A stretch of DNA of 64,000 nt, taken from assembly GCA_963667725.2 (NCBI GenBank), contig CAXXHO010000003.1, positions 1,792,001 through 1,856,000 on the forward strand, in the 5' to 3' direction. The stretch comes from Treponemataceae bacterium. GTDB lineage: Bacteria > Spirochaetota > Spirochaetia > Treponematales > Rectinemataceae. The position numbers and the translations under genes are program-made. Positions 40,094 to 49,537 of the stretch are shown in pieces (the first letter of the stretch is position 1; each line of letters starts with the position of its first letter). Under the pieces are notes generated by a model. That model was given only the letters and a program-made list of their open reading frames with translations. It was not told the origin of the DNA and searched no databases.

Positions 40094-41374
40094 TTATGCG
40101 GTTGCGCGCAGCGCTTCAATAGGCAGAAGCTTCGAGGCCCTCAGCGCGGGGCCGGATACGGCGATAGCGCTCGCCGCCATCACGCAGAGACTGACGAAGG
40201 CGAGCGATAGGATATCGGGAGAGAAGAGAAGCCTCCCCCGTGAGAGGGCGGATCCGAGGCTCCCCGCTGGATCGAAGGGGATGAGGTGAGCGAGGAGCCC
40301 CAGTGGCATGGACGCGAGCATCCCTGCGAGGCTCCCTGCCATGGCTATGAGGAGAGACTCATATATGAAGATCCTGAAGATGTCCTTCCTCCTGAATCCG
40401 ATGCAGCGTAGCATGCCGATTTCCTTGGTGCGCTCCATGAGGACCATGCGGTAAGTGTTCGTGATGCCCGCCATGACGAGGACGAGCATGATGGCGAAGA
40501 TGGTGGCGCCTATCCATCGGACCGATCCGAGGACGGCTCCCATCTGGCCAGAGAGTTCGGTCACCGTCGCCATCCTGTAGAAAACCTCGCCCGGCCGCGC
40601 GCCCGAACCGGCCGGCGATGAGGCTGAAGCCATCCTGAAGACGTAGCCCTCGGCACCGAGCCGCTCGACCAGTTTCTTCCCGGCGGCATCGGCCGTCGCC
40701 GCGTCAGGCAGAAAGACGGTGAGAGACTGGTATTGGCCTTCCCTCAGGTTGAGGTCGGCAAGGAGATTCGCCAGGGGAACGAAGACGGTGGTCATGCCGC
40801 CGGCGGCCGCGTCGTTGTAGACCGCCGCGAGATTGTACTCGGTGACGTTCTGCTGTCCCGACACCGTCGAAAGGCGCACGAGGACGGAATCGCCCAGGCC
40901 GAGGCCGAAGCGCCTGGCCGAGGAGGCTCCCATCACGATAGCTCGGTCGGCCTTGGCCGAAGCCCAGTCGCCCAGGTCGAGGACGAGGCTTCCCGAAAAG
41001 AGCCGATCGCCCTTCCAGTCCACGCCCCTAACCTTCAGCTGCTGTTCCCTCGAACCGAAGACGACCGTGGCCTGAGCCTGGGCCGTGGGCGATACGCTTA
41101 GCGCCTCGGGGAGGATTTCCTTCGTCTTCGCGGCCAGCGCCTGATCCTCTATCCTGTTCAGGGATCTGCCCGATTCGCTGGTCCCGAATCCGTTGATGAT
41201 GATATGGCCGGCGGAGAAGAGGGTAACGTTCGCCTGGACTGCCTTTTCCATGCCGGCGGTGAGGCCAGTGGAGAGGCATATGACGATGACGCCGAAGGCT
41301 ATCGCCCCGCCGAGGAGGGCTGTTCTGCGCGGCTGCCTGAGCGTATTTCTCAATGCCATCGTGGAACGGATCAT
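40094..41374 (-). CDS. ABC permease, FtsX/LolC-E family
   Basis: MALRNTLRQPRRT, ERTKEIGMLRCIG, PIEALR. Confidence 0.88.
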   Translation of the reverse strand: MIRSTMALRNTLRQPRRTALLGGAIAFGVIVICLSTGLTAGMEKAVQANVTLFSAGHIIINGFGTSESGRSLNRIEDQALAAKTKEILPEALSVSPTAQAQATVVFGSREQQLKVRGVDWKGDRLFSGSLVLDLGDWASAKADRAIVMGASSARRFGLGLGDSVLVRLSTVSGQQNVTEYNLAAVYNDAAAGGMTTVFVPLANLLADLNLREGQYQSLTVFLPDAATADAAGKKLVERLGAEGYVFRMASASSPAGSGARPGEVFYRMATVTELSGQMGAVLGSVRWIGATIFAIMLVLVMAGITNTYRMVLMERTKEIGMLRCIGFRRKDIFRIFIYESLLIAMAGSLAGMLASMPLGLLAHLIPFDPAGSLGSALSRGRLLFSPDILSLAFVSLCVMAASAIAVSGPALRASKLLPIEALRATA

Positions 41375-41385
41375 CGCGGTCTCCT

Positions 41386-42930
41386 TCACTCGCCTTGCAT
41401 GGCGACGACAGGCCGTATCCGCAGCGCTATGGCGATGGGGTACAGCGACGAGAGGATGCTCATGCCGAATATCCATAGAAAGGCCTGCAGGGCGGCTCCC
41501 GCGGAAATGGAGGGCACCAGTTTTTTCCCCGCGAATATGGCCTCGAAAAAAAGGTTGGGCGCCTCTATGCCTGAACGGCGCAATACCATCAGCGCGAGGT
41601 AGCCGAGGAAGACCCCGGCGAGGCCGGCTATGATCGCGAGAAAACTTGTCTCGAGGAGAATCATCCTGCGGATGAAGCGTTTTTTCGCGCCCAGTGCGCG
41701 CAGGGTGCCTATCTCCGGCACCCGCTCGCTGATCGATACGACGAGGACGTTCATGGTGATCATGATGACGATGACGGCCACGATGGAGACCATGAGGTCG
41801 AAGACGAGACGGATGGTCACTGCTGTCCGCGCCACCGTTCCCGCTCCGGCCACCCAGTCCTGGACATGGGCGCCCTGGTCCAGCCCCGCGACGAAGGCCT
41901 TGAGCCCGTCCATGAAACGAGTGGCGTTCGCGCCCGAGCCAAGCCTGATGAGGATGAACTGCCAGGCGGGCTCGGGGGAAGCGGAGAGCGCGGCTTCTCC
42001 GGGAACGGCCATTTCAGCCGCGGCATCTTTAGCCGCGACGTCTTTAGCTACAGCGTCTTTAGCCTCGAGGGCGCTCAGGAAGGGATCGACGAAGCCGCTT
42101 CCCTCCGAGACGATGCCCACTTTCCCGGGATCGGCGATGACATCGGCCCCTGCCTCATCGCCGAAAAGCGCCTCGGGATCGAAGGCTTCGACGAATTCAG
42201 CCTGTTTCTCAGTGAGGACGATCTGGCCGTCGCGCAGACTCGCGAAGCCAAGAAGGTCGCGCATCGTGTCGGCATCGACGAGGGAAATCTTCGCCAGTTC
42301 CTGGCTGCTCTGGTTGAACTTGACGACGCCCGCGACTTCCACTTCCCTGATGACCGTGCCGGCGGTGTCGCCCAGGGCGCTCAGGACGATCTTTTCGCCC
42401 GCGCCGATATTCTTGCCTGCCGCCTTCGAAAGCATCTGGGCCGACATTTCGGATATGATGATCCAGGCTTGATCCCCGCCCGATGGCCATTGGCCTTCCA
42501 CGAGGCTGATGTTGCCCGAAAAGAAATTCCTGTAATCGGCGATGTCCACGCCGAAAGCCGAGCCTTGGCCGATAACCTGTTCGCCCAAGCCCATGGCCAC
42601 CTGTCCGCTCAGCATAGGAAGGGTCGCCGCGACATTCCTGTCGGCGGACAATCGCTCTGAGTAGCTCGAAAAGGCCGCGATATGGGGGAGGACCTCCTCC
42701 CCGCCGGCGGTTTCGCCGAAAATAGTCGTCGGAAAGCTCGTGGGTCCCGTCACCATGACGTCGCCCGTATAGCCCTCCACGAACATCTTTTTCAAGCCGC
42801 CGATCGCCGTATCGATGAGGGAATTCCCGACGAAGAGCACGGCAATCCCGAGGCACATGATCGTGCCCAGGAGGACGCTCTTCGCCTTGTGCAGGAAAAG
42901 ATTGCCGTAGGCCATTCGAAATAGGATCAT
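41386..42930 (-). CDS. ABC permease, FtsX/LolC-E family
   Basis: MAYGNLFLHKAKS, ERVPEIGTLRALG, PVVAM. Confidence 0.88.
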   Translation of the reverse strand: MILFRMAYGNLFLHKAKSVLLGTIMCLGIAVLFVGNSLIDTAIGGLKKMFVEGYTGDVMVTGPTSFPTTIFGETAGGEEVLPHIAAFSSYSERLSADRNVAATLPMLSGQVAMGLGEQVIGQGSAFGVDIADYRNFFSGNISLVEGQWPSGGDQAWIIISEMSAQMLSKAAGKNIGAGEKIVLSALGDTAGTVIREVEVAGVVKFNQSSQELAKISLVDADTMRDLLGFASLRDGQIVLTEKQAEFVEAFDPEALFGDEAGADVIADPGKVGIVSEGSGFVDPFLSALEAKDAVAKDVAAKDAAAEMAVPGEAALSASPEPAWQFILIRLGSGANATRFMDGLKAFVAGLDQGAHVQDWVAGAGTVARTAVTIRLVFDLMVSIVAVIVIMITMNVLVVSISERVPEIGTLRALGAKKRFIRRMILLETSFLAIIAGLAGVFLGYLALMVLRRSGIEAPNLFFEAIFAGKKLVPSISAGAALQAFLWIFGMSILSSLYPIAIALRIRPVVAMQGE

Positions 42931-43655
42931 GAAGACGCCTTTTCTTCGGCCCGATAATTCTCGACGATCTTTCCGTCCTTGAGCCGTATGACATGGTCGG
43001 CTATGTCGACGATGCCCTGGTCGTGGGTACTGAATATGAAGGTCGTCCCGAACTCGCGGTTCATGCGCTTCATCAGGGCGAGAATGCTCTCGCCCGTCGC
43101 CGAATCGAGGTTGGCGGTCGGCTCGTCGGCAAGGACTATGGGCGGCCTCATGACGAGGGCCCGGGCTATGGCGATCCTCTGGCGCTGGCCGCCGGAGAGC
43201 TCGGCCGGTTTATGCTTCATCCTGTCGGCGAGCCCCACGCTCTCGATGAGATGATCCACCCACTCCTGCCTCTCGTTTTTAGGCATATCGAGGTCGGAAC
43301 CGTCGAGGAGGGCCGGAAGCTCGACGTTTTCTCGTATATTGAGGACGGGAATGAGGTTGAAGGTCTGGAAAATGAAGCCGATGCCCTTATGACGCAGCGC
43401 GGTGAGTTTCTCATCGCCGAGGCTGTCGGTGCGCTGGCCGAGGATGGTTACGCTGCCCGAAGTGGCTGTGTCGACGCAGCCGATGAGATTCAGCACCGTG
43501 GTTTTTCCCGAACCGGAGGGGCCGGCTATCGATATGAAATCGCCCTTGAGAATATCGAAGCTCACGCCCTGCAGGGCGAGGACTTCGGTTTTTCCCAGGG
43601 CATAGCTTTTATGAACATCGTTGAGCCGCACGACATACTGATTTTGTCCGTCCAC
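42927..43655 (-). CDS. ABC ATP-binding protein, LolD family
   Basis: GPSGSGKT, GFIFQTFNL, LSGGQRQR, LADEPTANLD, STHD. Confidence 0.92.
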   Translation of the reverse strand: MDGQNQYVVRLNDVHKSYALGKTEVLALQGVSFDILKGDFISIAGPSGSGKTTVLNLIGCVDTATSGSVTILGQRTDSLGDEKLTALRHKGIGFIFQTFNLIPVLNIRENVELPALLDGSDLDMPKNERQEWVDHLIESVGLADRMKHKPAELSGGQRQRIAIARALVMRPPIVLADEPTANLDSATGESILALMKRMNREFGTTFIFSTHDQGIVDIADHVIRLKDGKIVENYRAEEKASS

Positions 43656-43862
43656 ACATTCCTCCAGGCCATTTAAAAAAAACGAAGCCTTACGATCAGA
43701 TAGAGCGTATACCGACCGCGCCTTTTATTCCATGAAACATTTATTAAAAAATATAACAACGTCGCGCCGCGGTGGCCCTAGCCGCTCGCCGGCGCCACTG
43801 CCTGCCGAAGCGCCTCAGGTGACTTTCATTAAAAGCGTTTATTCCTATATACTATTGCCATT

Positions 43863-45320
43863 ATGGCATATGAAAACTTGCAGGAGTTTGTCTCGGCCCT
43901 CGAATCGGCGGGCGAGCTGAGGCGCGTGAAGGTCGAGGTCGACCCCATCCTCGAGATAACGGAAATCGCCGACAGGGTGATGCGCGACGGCGGCCCGGCC
44001 CTCCTTTTCGAAAAGGTGAAAGGATCGGAATGGCCCCTCCTCATCAACGCGATGGGATCGGAATCGCGGATGGCCATGGCCCTTGGCGCCGAAAGCCTCG
44101 ACGCCAAGTCCAAGGAAATCGAAGACCTTCTCATTTGGGCCTGGAAGCAAGTCCGCGGCTTCTCCCTTTTCACCGCCATTCCCGGCGCTCTTCCCAAGCT
44201 CCCCATAGCGAAATCCCTCCTGCCCAAAAAGGTCAGCCACCCCCTGTGCAGGCAGGTTATCGACGACGAGGCGGGCTTCGACAGCCTCCCCGTCCTCAAG
44301 TGCTGGCCGGGAGACGGAGGGCGCTTCTTCACCCTGCCCGTCGTCTGCACGATGGACCCGGAAATGGGCGCCCAGAACTGGGGCATGTACAGAATGCAGG
44401 TCTACGACGACAGGACGGCGGGAATGCACTGGCACCTCCACAAGGACGGTGCGCATTTCTTCGAGAAATATCGGGCTCGCAAAGAGAGGATGCCGGTCGC
44501 GGTGACGCTGGGCTCGGATCCCGCTGTCACCTATTCCTCGACAGCCCCCTTGCCCGAAGGCATATGGGAGGCCATGTTCGCCGGCTTCCTGCGCGGTAAG
44601 AGCTGTGAGGTGACGAAGGCGAGCCTCTCGGACATACAGATTCCCGCCGACGCGGAATTCGTGCTGGAAGGGTACGTGGACCCGGAGGAGACGAGGCTCG
44701 AAGGCCCCTTCGGCGACCATACGGGCTTCTACTCCCTGCCGGACCAGTACCCCGTCTTCCACCTGGAACGCATAACGCGCAGGAAAAACCCGATATTCCC
44801 CGCCACTATCGTCGGCATCCCTCCCAAGGAAGACTGCTACATGGCGAAGGCCACGGAGCGGCTTTTCCTCCCCCTATTAAGGCAGCTCTGCCCCGAAATC
44901 ACCGATTTCACGATGCCCCTCGAGGGCGTCTTCCACAACTGCGTCATCGTCTCGATAAAGAAACGTTTCCCCGGCCATGCCCGCAAGGTCATGGATTTCA
45001 TCTGGGGAATGGGCCAGATGATGTACACGAAGCTCATCGTCGTCGTCGACGACGACATCAGCCTGAAAAATCTCTCCCTCGTCGCGTGGAAGGTTTTCAA
45101 CAACATCGACGCGGGGCGCGACCTGGTGCTTTCTCAGGGCCCATTGGACGCCCTCGACCATTCCTCGCCCCAGCCCCGCTTCGGCACGCGCCTCGGCGTC
45201 GACGCCACGAAAAAGTGGCCCGAGGAAGGCCACGTCAGGGAATGGCCTGAACCCCTCGCCATGAGCCCGGACATCGTCCAGCGCGTCGACGCCCGGTGGA
45301 AAGACTATGGCATCGACTGA
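43863..45320 (+). CDS. ubiD: UbiD-family prFMN decarboxylase (menaquinone/futalosine MqnL-type)
   Basis: GPALLFE, WPGDGGRF, NWGMYRMQ, MHWHLHKDG, EGPFGDHTGFY, LDALDH, GVDATKK. Confidence 0.9.
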   Translation: MAYENLQEFVSALESAGELRRVKVEVDPILEITEIADRVMRDGGPALLFEKVKGSEWPLLINAMGSESRMAMALGAESLDAKSKEIEDLLIWAWKQVRGFSLFTAIPGALPKLPIAKSLLPKKVSHPLCRQVIDDEAGFDSLPVLKCWPGDGGRFFTLPVVCTMDPEMGAQNWGMYRMQVYDDRTAGMHWHLHKDGAHFFEKYRARKERMPVAVTLGSDPAVTYSSTAPLPEGIWEAMFAGFLRGKSCEVTKASLSDIQIPADAEFVLEGYVDPEETRLEGPFGDHTGFYSLPDQYPVFHLERITRRKNPIFPATIVGIPPKEDCYMAKATERLFLPLLRQLCPEITDFTMPLEGVFHNCVIVSIKKRFPGHARKVMDFIWGMGQMMYTKLIVVVDDDISLKNLSLVAWKVFNNIDAGRDLVLSQGPLDALDHSSPQPRFGTRLGVDATKKWPEEGHVREWPEPLAMSPDIVQRVDARWKDYGID

Positions 45321-46242
45321 CCCCTCAGCCGGCGGCCAAGGCGGTGGCTCAGGTAGCGCCCCGGACCAGCGGCGAGCCGACGGGCTAGGCCGCCGGCTCG
45401 CCCTCGTGGGCGACGCGGTCATGATACGGCACACCTTGTTTTCGCTTCCCTTCGCGGTCACGGCCGTCCTGCTCGAGACAAGTGGCCGCCCCCCCGCGGC
45501 CAAACTCTTCTGGATCGTCGTCGCCGCCTTCGGGGCGAGGAACGCCGCCAACGCCCTCAACAGGCTCGTCGATCACCGAATCGACGCCAAAAACCCGCGG
45601 ACCGCCGGCCGGCACCTTCCCAGGGGGACGCTCTCCAGGAAGGAACTCTGGGTTTTCACCGCGGCCATGCTGGCCCTCCTCGTCCTCGGGGCGGCCATGC
45701 TCAACCCCCTCTGCCTCGCCCTCCTTCCCGCCGCTGGTTTCCTCGTAGCGGGCTATTCCTATACCAAACGTTTCACCTGGCTCTGCCATTTCTGGCTGGG
45801 CCTGACCTGTTCGGCCGCCACGATGGGCGCCTTCCTGGGCGTTTCGGGAGCCTTTCACTTCCGCTACTTTCCCCTCGTGGCCGGCGTTGCCCTCTGGGTG
45901 GCCGGTTTCGATATCCTCTACGCCGTACAGGACATCGAGTTCGATCGCGGCGAAAAGCTCCGCTCGGTCCCCGCCCGTTTCGGCGAGAAAGGCGCGCGGA
46001 TCATCGCCGCCGGATGCCATCTCCTCGCCGCGCTCGGATTGGCCAGCGTCCTCCTCTTCTGGCCGGCCGCCGGCGCCGTTACGGTCGTCACCCTCCTCGC
46101 CTGCGCCTCCCTCCTCGCGGCCGAACACGTCATCGCGTTGGGCGGCACGGAAAAGCACGTGAAAATAGCCGCCTATGGAATCAACGAGATAATACCGCTT
46201 CTCTTTCTCTTCGGTGTTGCCCTCGATATATATCTGATATAG
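45307..46242 (+). CDS. ubiA: UbiA-family prenyltransferase (MqnP-type)
   Basis: HTLFSLPF, NRLVDHRIDAKNPRT, YSYTKRFT, GFDILYAVQDIEFD. Confidence 0.88.
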   Translation: MASTDPSAGGQGGGSGSAPDQRRADGLGRRLALVGDAVMIRHTLFSLPFAVTAVLLETSGRPPAAKLFWIVVAAFGARNAANALNRLVDHRIDAKNPRTAGRHLPRGTLSRKELWVFTAAMLALLVLGAAMLNPLCLALLPAAGFLVAGYSYTKRFTWLCHFWLGLTCSAATMGAFLGVSGAFHFRYFPLVAGVALWVAGFDILYAVQDIEFDRGEKLRSVPARFGEKGARIIAAGCHLLAALGLASVLLFWPAAGAVTVVTLLACASLLAAEHVIALGGTEKHVKIAAYGINEIIPLLFLFGVALDIYLI

Positions 46243-46253
46243 ACTAGATCCAG

Positions 46254-46853
46254 ATGGAACGTTATCTCGTCTGCATCACCGGAGCCTCTGGTGCGCTGTA
46301 TTCCCTCCGCCTCATCGCCGCCCTGGCGGCGAAAGGCGTCATTCTCCATCTGACCTGTTCTCCCTGGGGAGCGCGCGTCATCCTCGAGGAGACGGAACGG
46401 CCCCTCGGCTACTGGCTCGGCAAAATCAGGGCATCGGGCGGCCCCGGCAGAACGCCCGCCATCATCAAGCTTCATCCCTCCGACGACTTTTCCTCCCCCG
46501 TGGCATCAGGATCCTTCAGATTGAACGGCACGGTGATCCTCCCCTGCTCGACGGGCACCCTCGGCAGCATAGCCTCGGGCGTATCGGCCAATCTGATCCA
46601 TCGCGCGGGCAGCGTCGCGCTCAAGGAAGGCTGGCCTCTCATACTCGTCCCCCGGGAAACACCGCTCTCCCTCGTCACCATGAAAGCCTTCGTTTCCCTC
46701 AAGGAAGCGGGAGCTGTCATCATGCCCGCCTGTCCCAGCTTCTACAGCAAGCCTCAGTCGATTGAACAGCTGGCCGACACTGTGATAAACAGAATCATGG
46801 ATCGTCTCGGCGTTCCCGACGAAGGCGCGTATCGATGGAACGAGGCATTCTGA
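46254..46853 (+). CDS. ubiX: Flavin prenyltransferase
   Basis: ITGASGA, ASGS, PCSTGTL, NLIHRA, LKE, PRETP, PSFY. Confidence 0.92.
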   Translation: MERYLVCITGASGALYSLRLIAALAAKGVILHLTCSPWGARVILEETERPLGYWLGKIRASGGPGRTPAIIKLHPSDDFSSPVASGSFRLNGTVILPCSTGTLGSIASGVSANLIHRAGSVALKEGWPLILVPRETPLSLVTMKAFVSLKEAGAVIMPACPSFYSKPQSIEQLADTVINRIMDRLGVPDEGAYRWNEAF

Positions 46854-46867
46854 AAGGAGCTTCCATA

Positions 46868-47821
46868 ATGACAATGAAAAAATTCGCATTTCTTGCGGCA
46901 GCCTTCCTGCTGCTCGCGGGGCTATCCGCGGCTAAAATGGAGGCGCAGGCGCAGACTTCGTCGGGCAAAAACGCCCTCAAGCTCGGAATTTTCGCCGATG
47001 CCGACTCCCTTCCCTTCATGCTCTGCGAAACCGAGGATCTCTTCGCCCAGGAAGGCGTCGATGTGCGGCTTATCCGCTTCCAGAGCGCCGTCGAACGCGA
47101 TTCGGCCTTTCAGGCGGGATCCGTAGACGGTGTCATCTCGGACCTCCTCGCCGTGATGCTTTCGGTTCAGGGCGGCTTTCCCGTCCAGATCACCAGCCTC
47201 ACCGACGGAAGGTATGGAATAGCCGTAGCCCCGGGCCTCGCCGCGAACAGTCTCGCCGACCTCGCGGGAAAACCCATCGGCATATCCAGCAACTCCGTCA
47301 TCCATTATATGGTGGACAGTTTCATGGCAGCGGCCGGAGTCCCCGCCGCTGAGATAAATCTGATGCCGGTGCCTAAAATGCCCGTCCGCCTCGAAATGGT
47401 CCTGGCGGGACAGACCGCCGGCGCCGGCATGCCCGAACCCTTCCTGACGACGGCCAGAGTGCGCGGGGCCAAAATCATCGCCACTACCGACGACTACGGA
47501 CTCGGCGCGGGCATCCTCGCCTTTTCAAGGAGCGCCCTGGCATCCAAGCAGGGGGAGATCGCAAAACTCTACAGGGCTTACTGGAAAGCGGCCCAGAAAA
47601 TCAACGCCGACCCCGACGCGTACCGCCCGCTCCTGGTAAAGAAGGCGGGATTTTCGGAGGAAGCCGCCAAGGCCTTTATTTTCGTGGTATACAAGAAACC
47701 CCGTCTTCCCTCCATGGGAGATCTGGAGCGCGCCTCCTCCTGGCTGACGGCCAAGGGTCTTCTAAAGAAGACAATCGATCCAGCTTCGCTCCTGGACAAG
47801 CGCCCCATCGAAGGATTCTGA
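46868..47821 (+). CDS. ABC substrate-binding protein (SsuA/NMT1/TauA-like)
   Basis: Signal peptide; DSLP, ERDSAFQAGSVDG, PVRLEM, MPEPF; AAGGAG SD. Confidence 0.82.
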   Translation: MTMKKFAFLAAAFLLLAGLSAAKMEAQAQTSSGKNALKLGIFADADSLPFMLCETEDLFAQEGVDVRLIRFQSAVERDSAFQAGSVDGVISDLLAVMLSVQGGFPVQITSLTDGRYGIAVAPGLAANSLADLAGKPIGISSNSVIHYMVDSFMAAAGVPAAEINLMPVPKMPVRLEMVLAGQTAGAGMPEPFLTTARVRGAKIIATTDDYGLGAGILAFSRSALASKQGEIAKLYRAYWKAAQKINADPDAYRPLLVKKAGFSEEAAKAFIFVVYKKPRLPSMGDLERASSWLTAKGLLKKTIDPASLLDKRPIEGF

Positions 47822-47830
47822 CCGCGACCT

Positions 47831-49531
47831 ATGATGAACTACCCCATGGTCAAGCTCGATAAAGTCTCGTTTTCCTATCGACTCAAGGAGAGAGCCCTCC
47901 CCGTCCTGTCGGATATCAGCGTGAATTTCGAGCGCGGCTCCATAACAGCCATCGTCGGCCGCTCAGGCTGCGGCAAGACAAGCCTCCTGCGCATCATCGC
48001 CGGGCTTTCTTCCCCTACCGAGGGCTGGGTGTCAGTGGGCGGCGAGGCGGGCGGCTCGATCAGGGCCAAGACAGCCCTCATATTTCAGGACTACGGGCTT
48101 CTTCCCTGGGCAAGCGTCCAGGCCAACGCAGAGCTAGGTCTGAGAACGAGGGGAATGAGCGCGGCCGAACGCAGATCCAGGGTGAACCCCATCCTCGCCG
48201 AGCTAGGCCTCGAACCTTTTGCCAGGCTTTATCCCGCGAGACTTTCGGGCGGAATGCGCCAGCGCGTCGCCGTGGCGCGCGCCCTCGCGTCGGACAGCGA
48301 TCTTCTCCTCTTGGATGAGCCATTTTCAAGCCTCGACGCCCTCACAAGGGAATCCCTGCAGGAAACCCTTCTCGAAACCCAGCGCAGGCATGGCACCACG
48401 GTAATTCTCGTCACGCACTCCATCGAGGAAGCGGCCTATCTGGCCGACACCATCTATATCCTGGACGGAAAGAATCCCTCCACCCTCTCGGCCCGCTTCG
48501 ATACGGACCGAAGAAGGATCGCCGTCCCGGCCGCCCTCCCCGCCCTCCCCTCCGGAATCGCTCCAGAAAGTCCCAACGCGTCCCCCGCGGGCTCGAATCC
48601 GACATCCGTGAAATCCCCGGCACAGGACGCGGCGGCAACCTCCTACAGGGAAAGCAGCCATTACTTTTCGAATGTGGCGACGCTCCGCCATCTCTTCGCC
48701 CATCCCCCCGGCGGAGCGGGGAAGACGGAGAACGAAATCCCGGAAGATGGTTCGCCGTCCCCCGCCCATGTCCGGGCGATCGGCTTTATGATGAGGCTCG
48801 GCAAGATCGCCCTGGCGGCTTCGGCGATCGCCCTTCTTTGGGCCGGCCTTTCCTTCATCCTCAAGAAACCCTTCCTGCCCTCTCCCGCCTTAGCGGCCAG
48901 CCGTTTCGGCGAAAAAATAGCCGACGGAACGCTTTTCGTCCACATCGGCGCGTCGCTGAGACGTATTTTCCTTGCCCTGATCGTCGCCGGCCCTCCCGCC
49001 TGGGCGCTCGGCCTGCTTTCGGGGCGCGTAAAGGCGGCGGACACGATAGCCTCGCCCCTCGTCTACCTTCTCCACCCCCTGCCTAAAGTGGCTTTCCTGC
49101 CGATATTGATGCTGTTCTTCGGCCTGGGGGACGCCTCGAAGGTCGCGCTCATGGGAATGGTGATCTTCGGTCAGCTTTTCGTCGGAGGAAGGGATTCGGC
49201 CAAGGCCATATCCTCCTCGCTCATCGACACGGTCCGCTCATTGGGCGTCCGCGGAGGAGGAATCCTGCGCTATGCCATCCTGCCCGCCACCCTTCCATCC
49301 CTTCTTTCGTCGCTGAGGATAAGCCTAGGCACGGCCATAGCCGTGCTTTTCCTGTCCGAAACCTTCGCGTCGATGGACGGCCTCGGCTGGTACATCATGG
49401 ATTCATGGTCCCGAGTGGACTATCCCGACATGTACGCGGCCATCATCGCCCTCTCCCTCGTCGGCCTCGTACTCTACCTCGCCCTGGACGCCCTCGAAAT
49501 CCTCGCCCTCCGCTGGCGCGAAACCGATTGA
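47831..49531 (+). CDS. Fused ABC ATPase + permease (NitT/TauT family)
   Basis: GRSGCGKT, LSGGMRQR, LDEPFSSLD, VTH, then a Pro/Ala/Ser linker and a TauC-like permease (PLPKVAFLP, GLGWYI) in one frame. Confidence 0.85.
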   Translation: MMNYPMVKLDKVSFSYRLKERALPVLSDISVNFERGSITAIVGRSGCGKTSLLRIIAGLSSPTEGWVSVGGEAGGSIRAKTALIFQDYGLLPWASVQANAELGLRTRGMSAAERRSRVNPILAELGLEPFARLYPARLSGGMRQRVAVARALASDSDLLLLDEPFSSLDALTRESLQETLLETQRRHGTTVILVTHSIEEAAYLADTIYILDGKNPSTLSARFDTDRRRIAVPAALPALPSGIAPESPNASPAGSNPTSVKSPAQDAAATSYRESSHYFSNVATLRHLFAHPPGGAGKTENEIPEDGSPSPAHVRAIGFMMRLGKIALAASAIALLWAGLSFILKKPFLPSPALAASRFGEKIADGTLFVHIGASLRRIFLALIVAGPPAWALGLLSGRVKAADTIASPLVYLLHPLPKVAFLPILMLFFGLGDASKVALMGMVIFGQLFVGGRDSAKAISSSLIDTVRSLGVRGGGILRYAILPATLPSLLSSLRISLGTAIAVLFLSETFASMDGLGWYIMDSWSRVDYPDMYAAIIALSLVGLVLYLALDALEILALRWRETD

Positions 49532-49537
49532 GACTTT

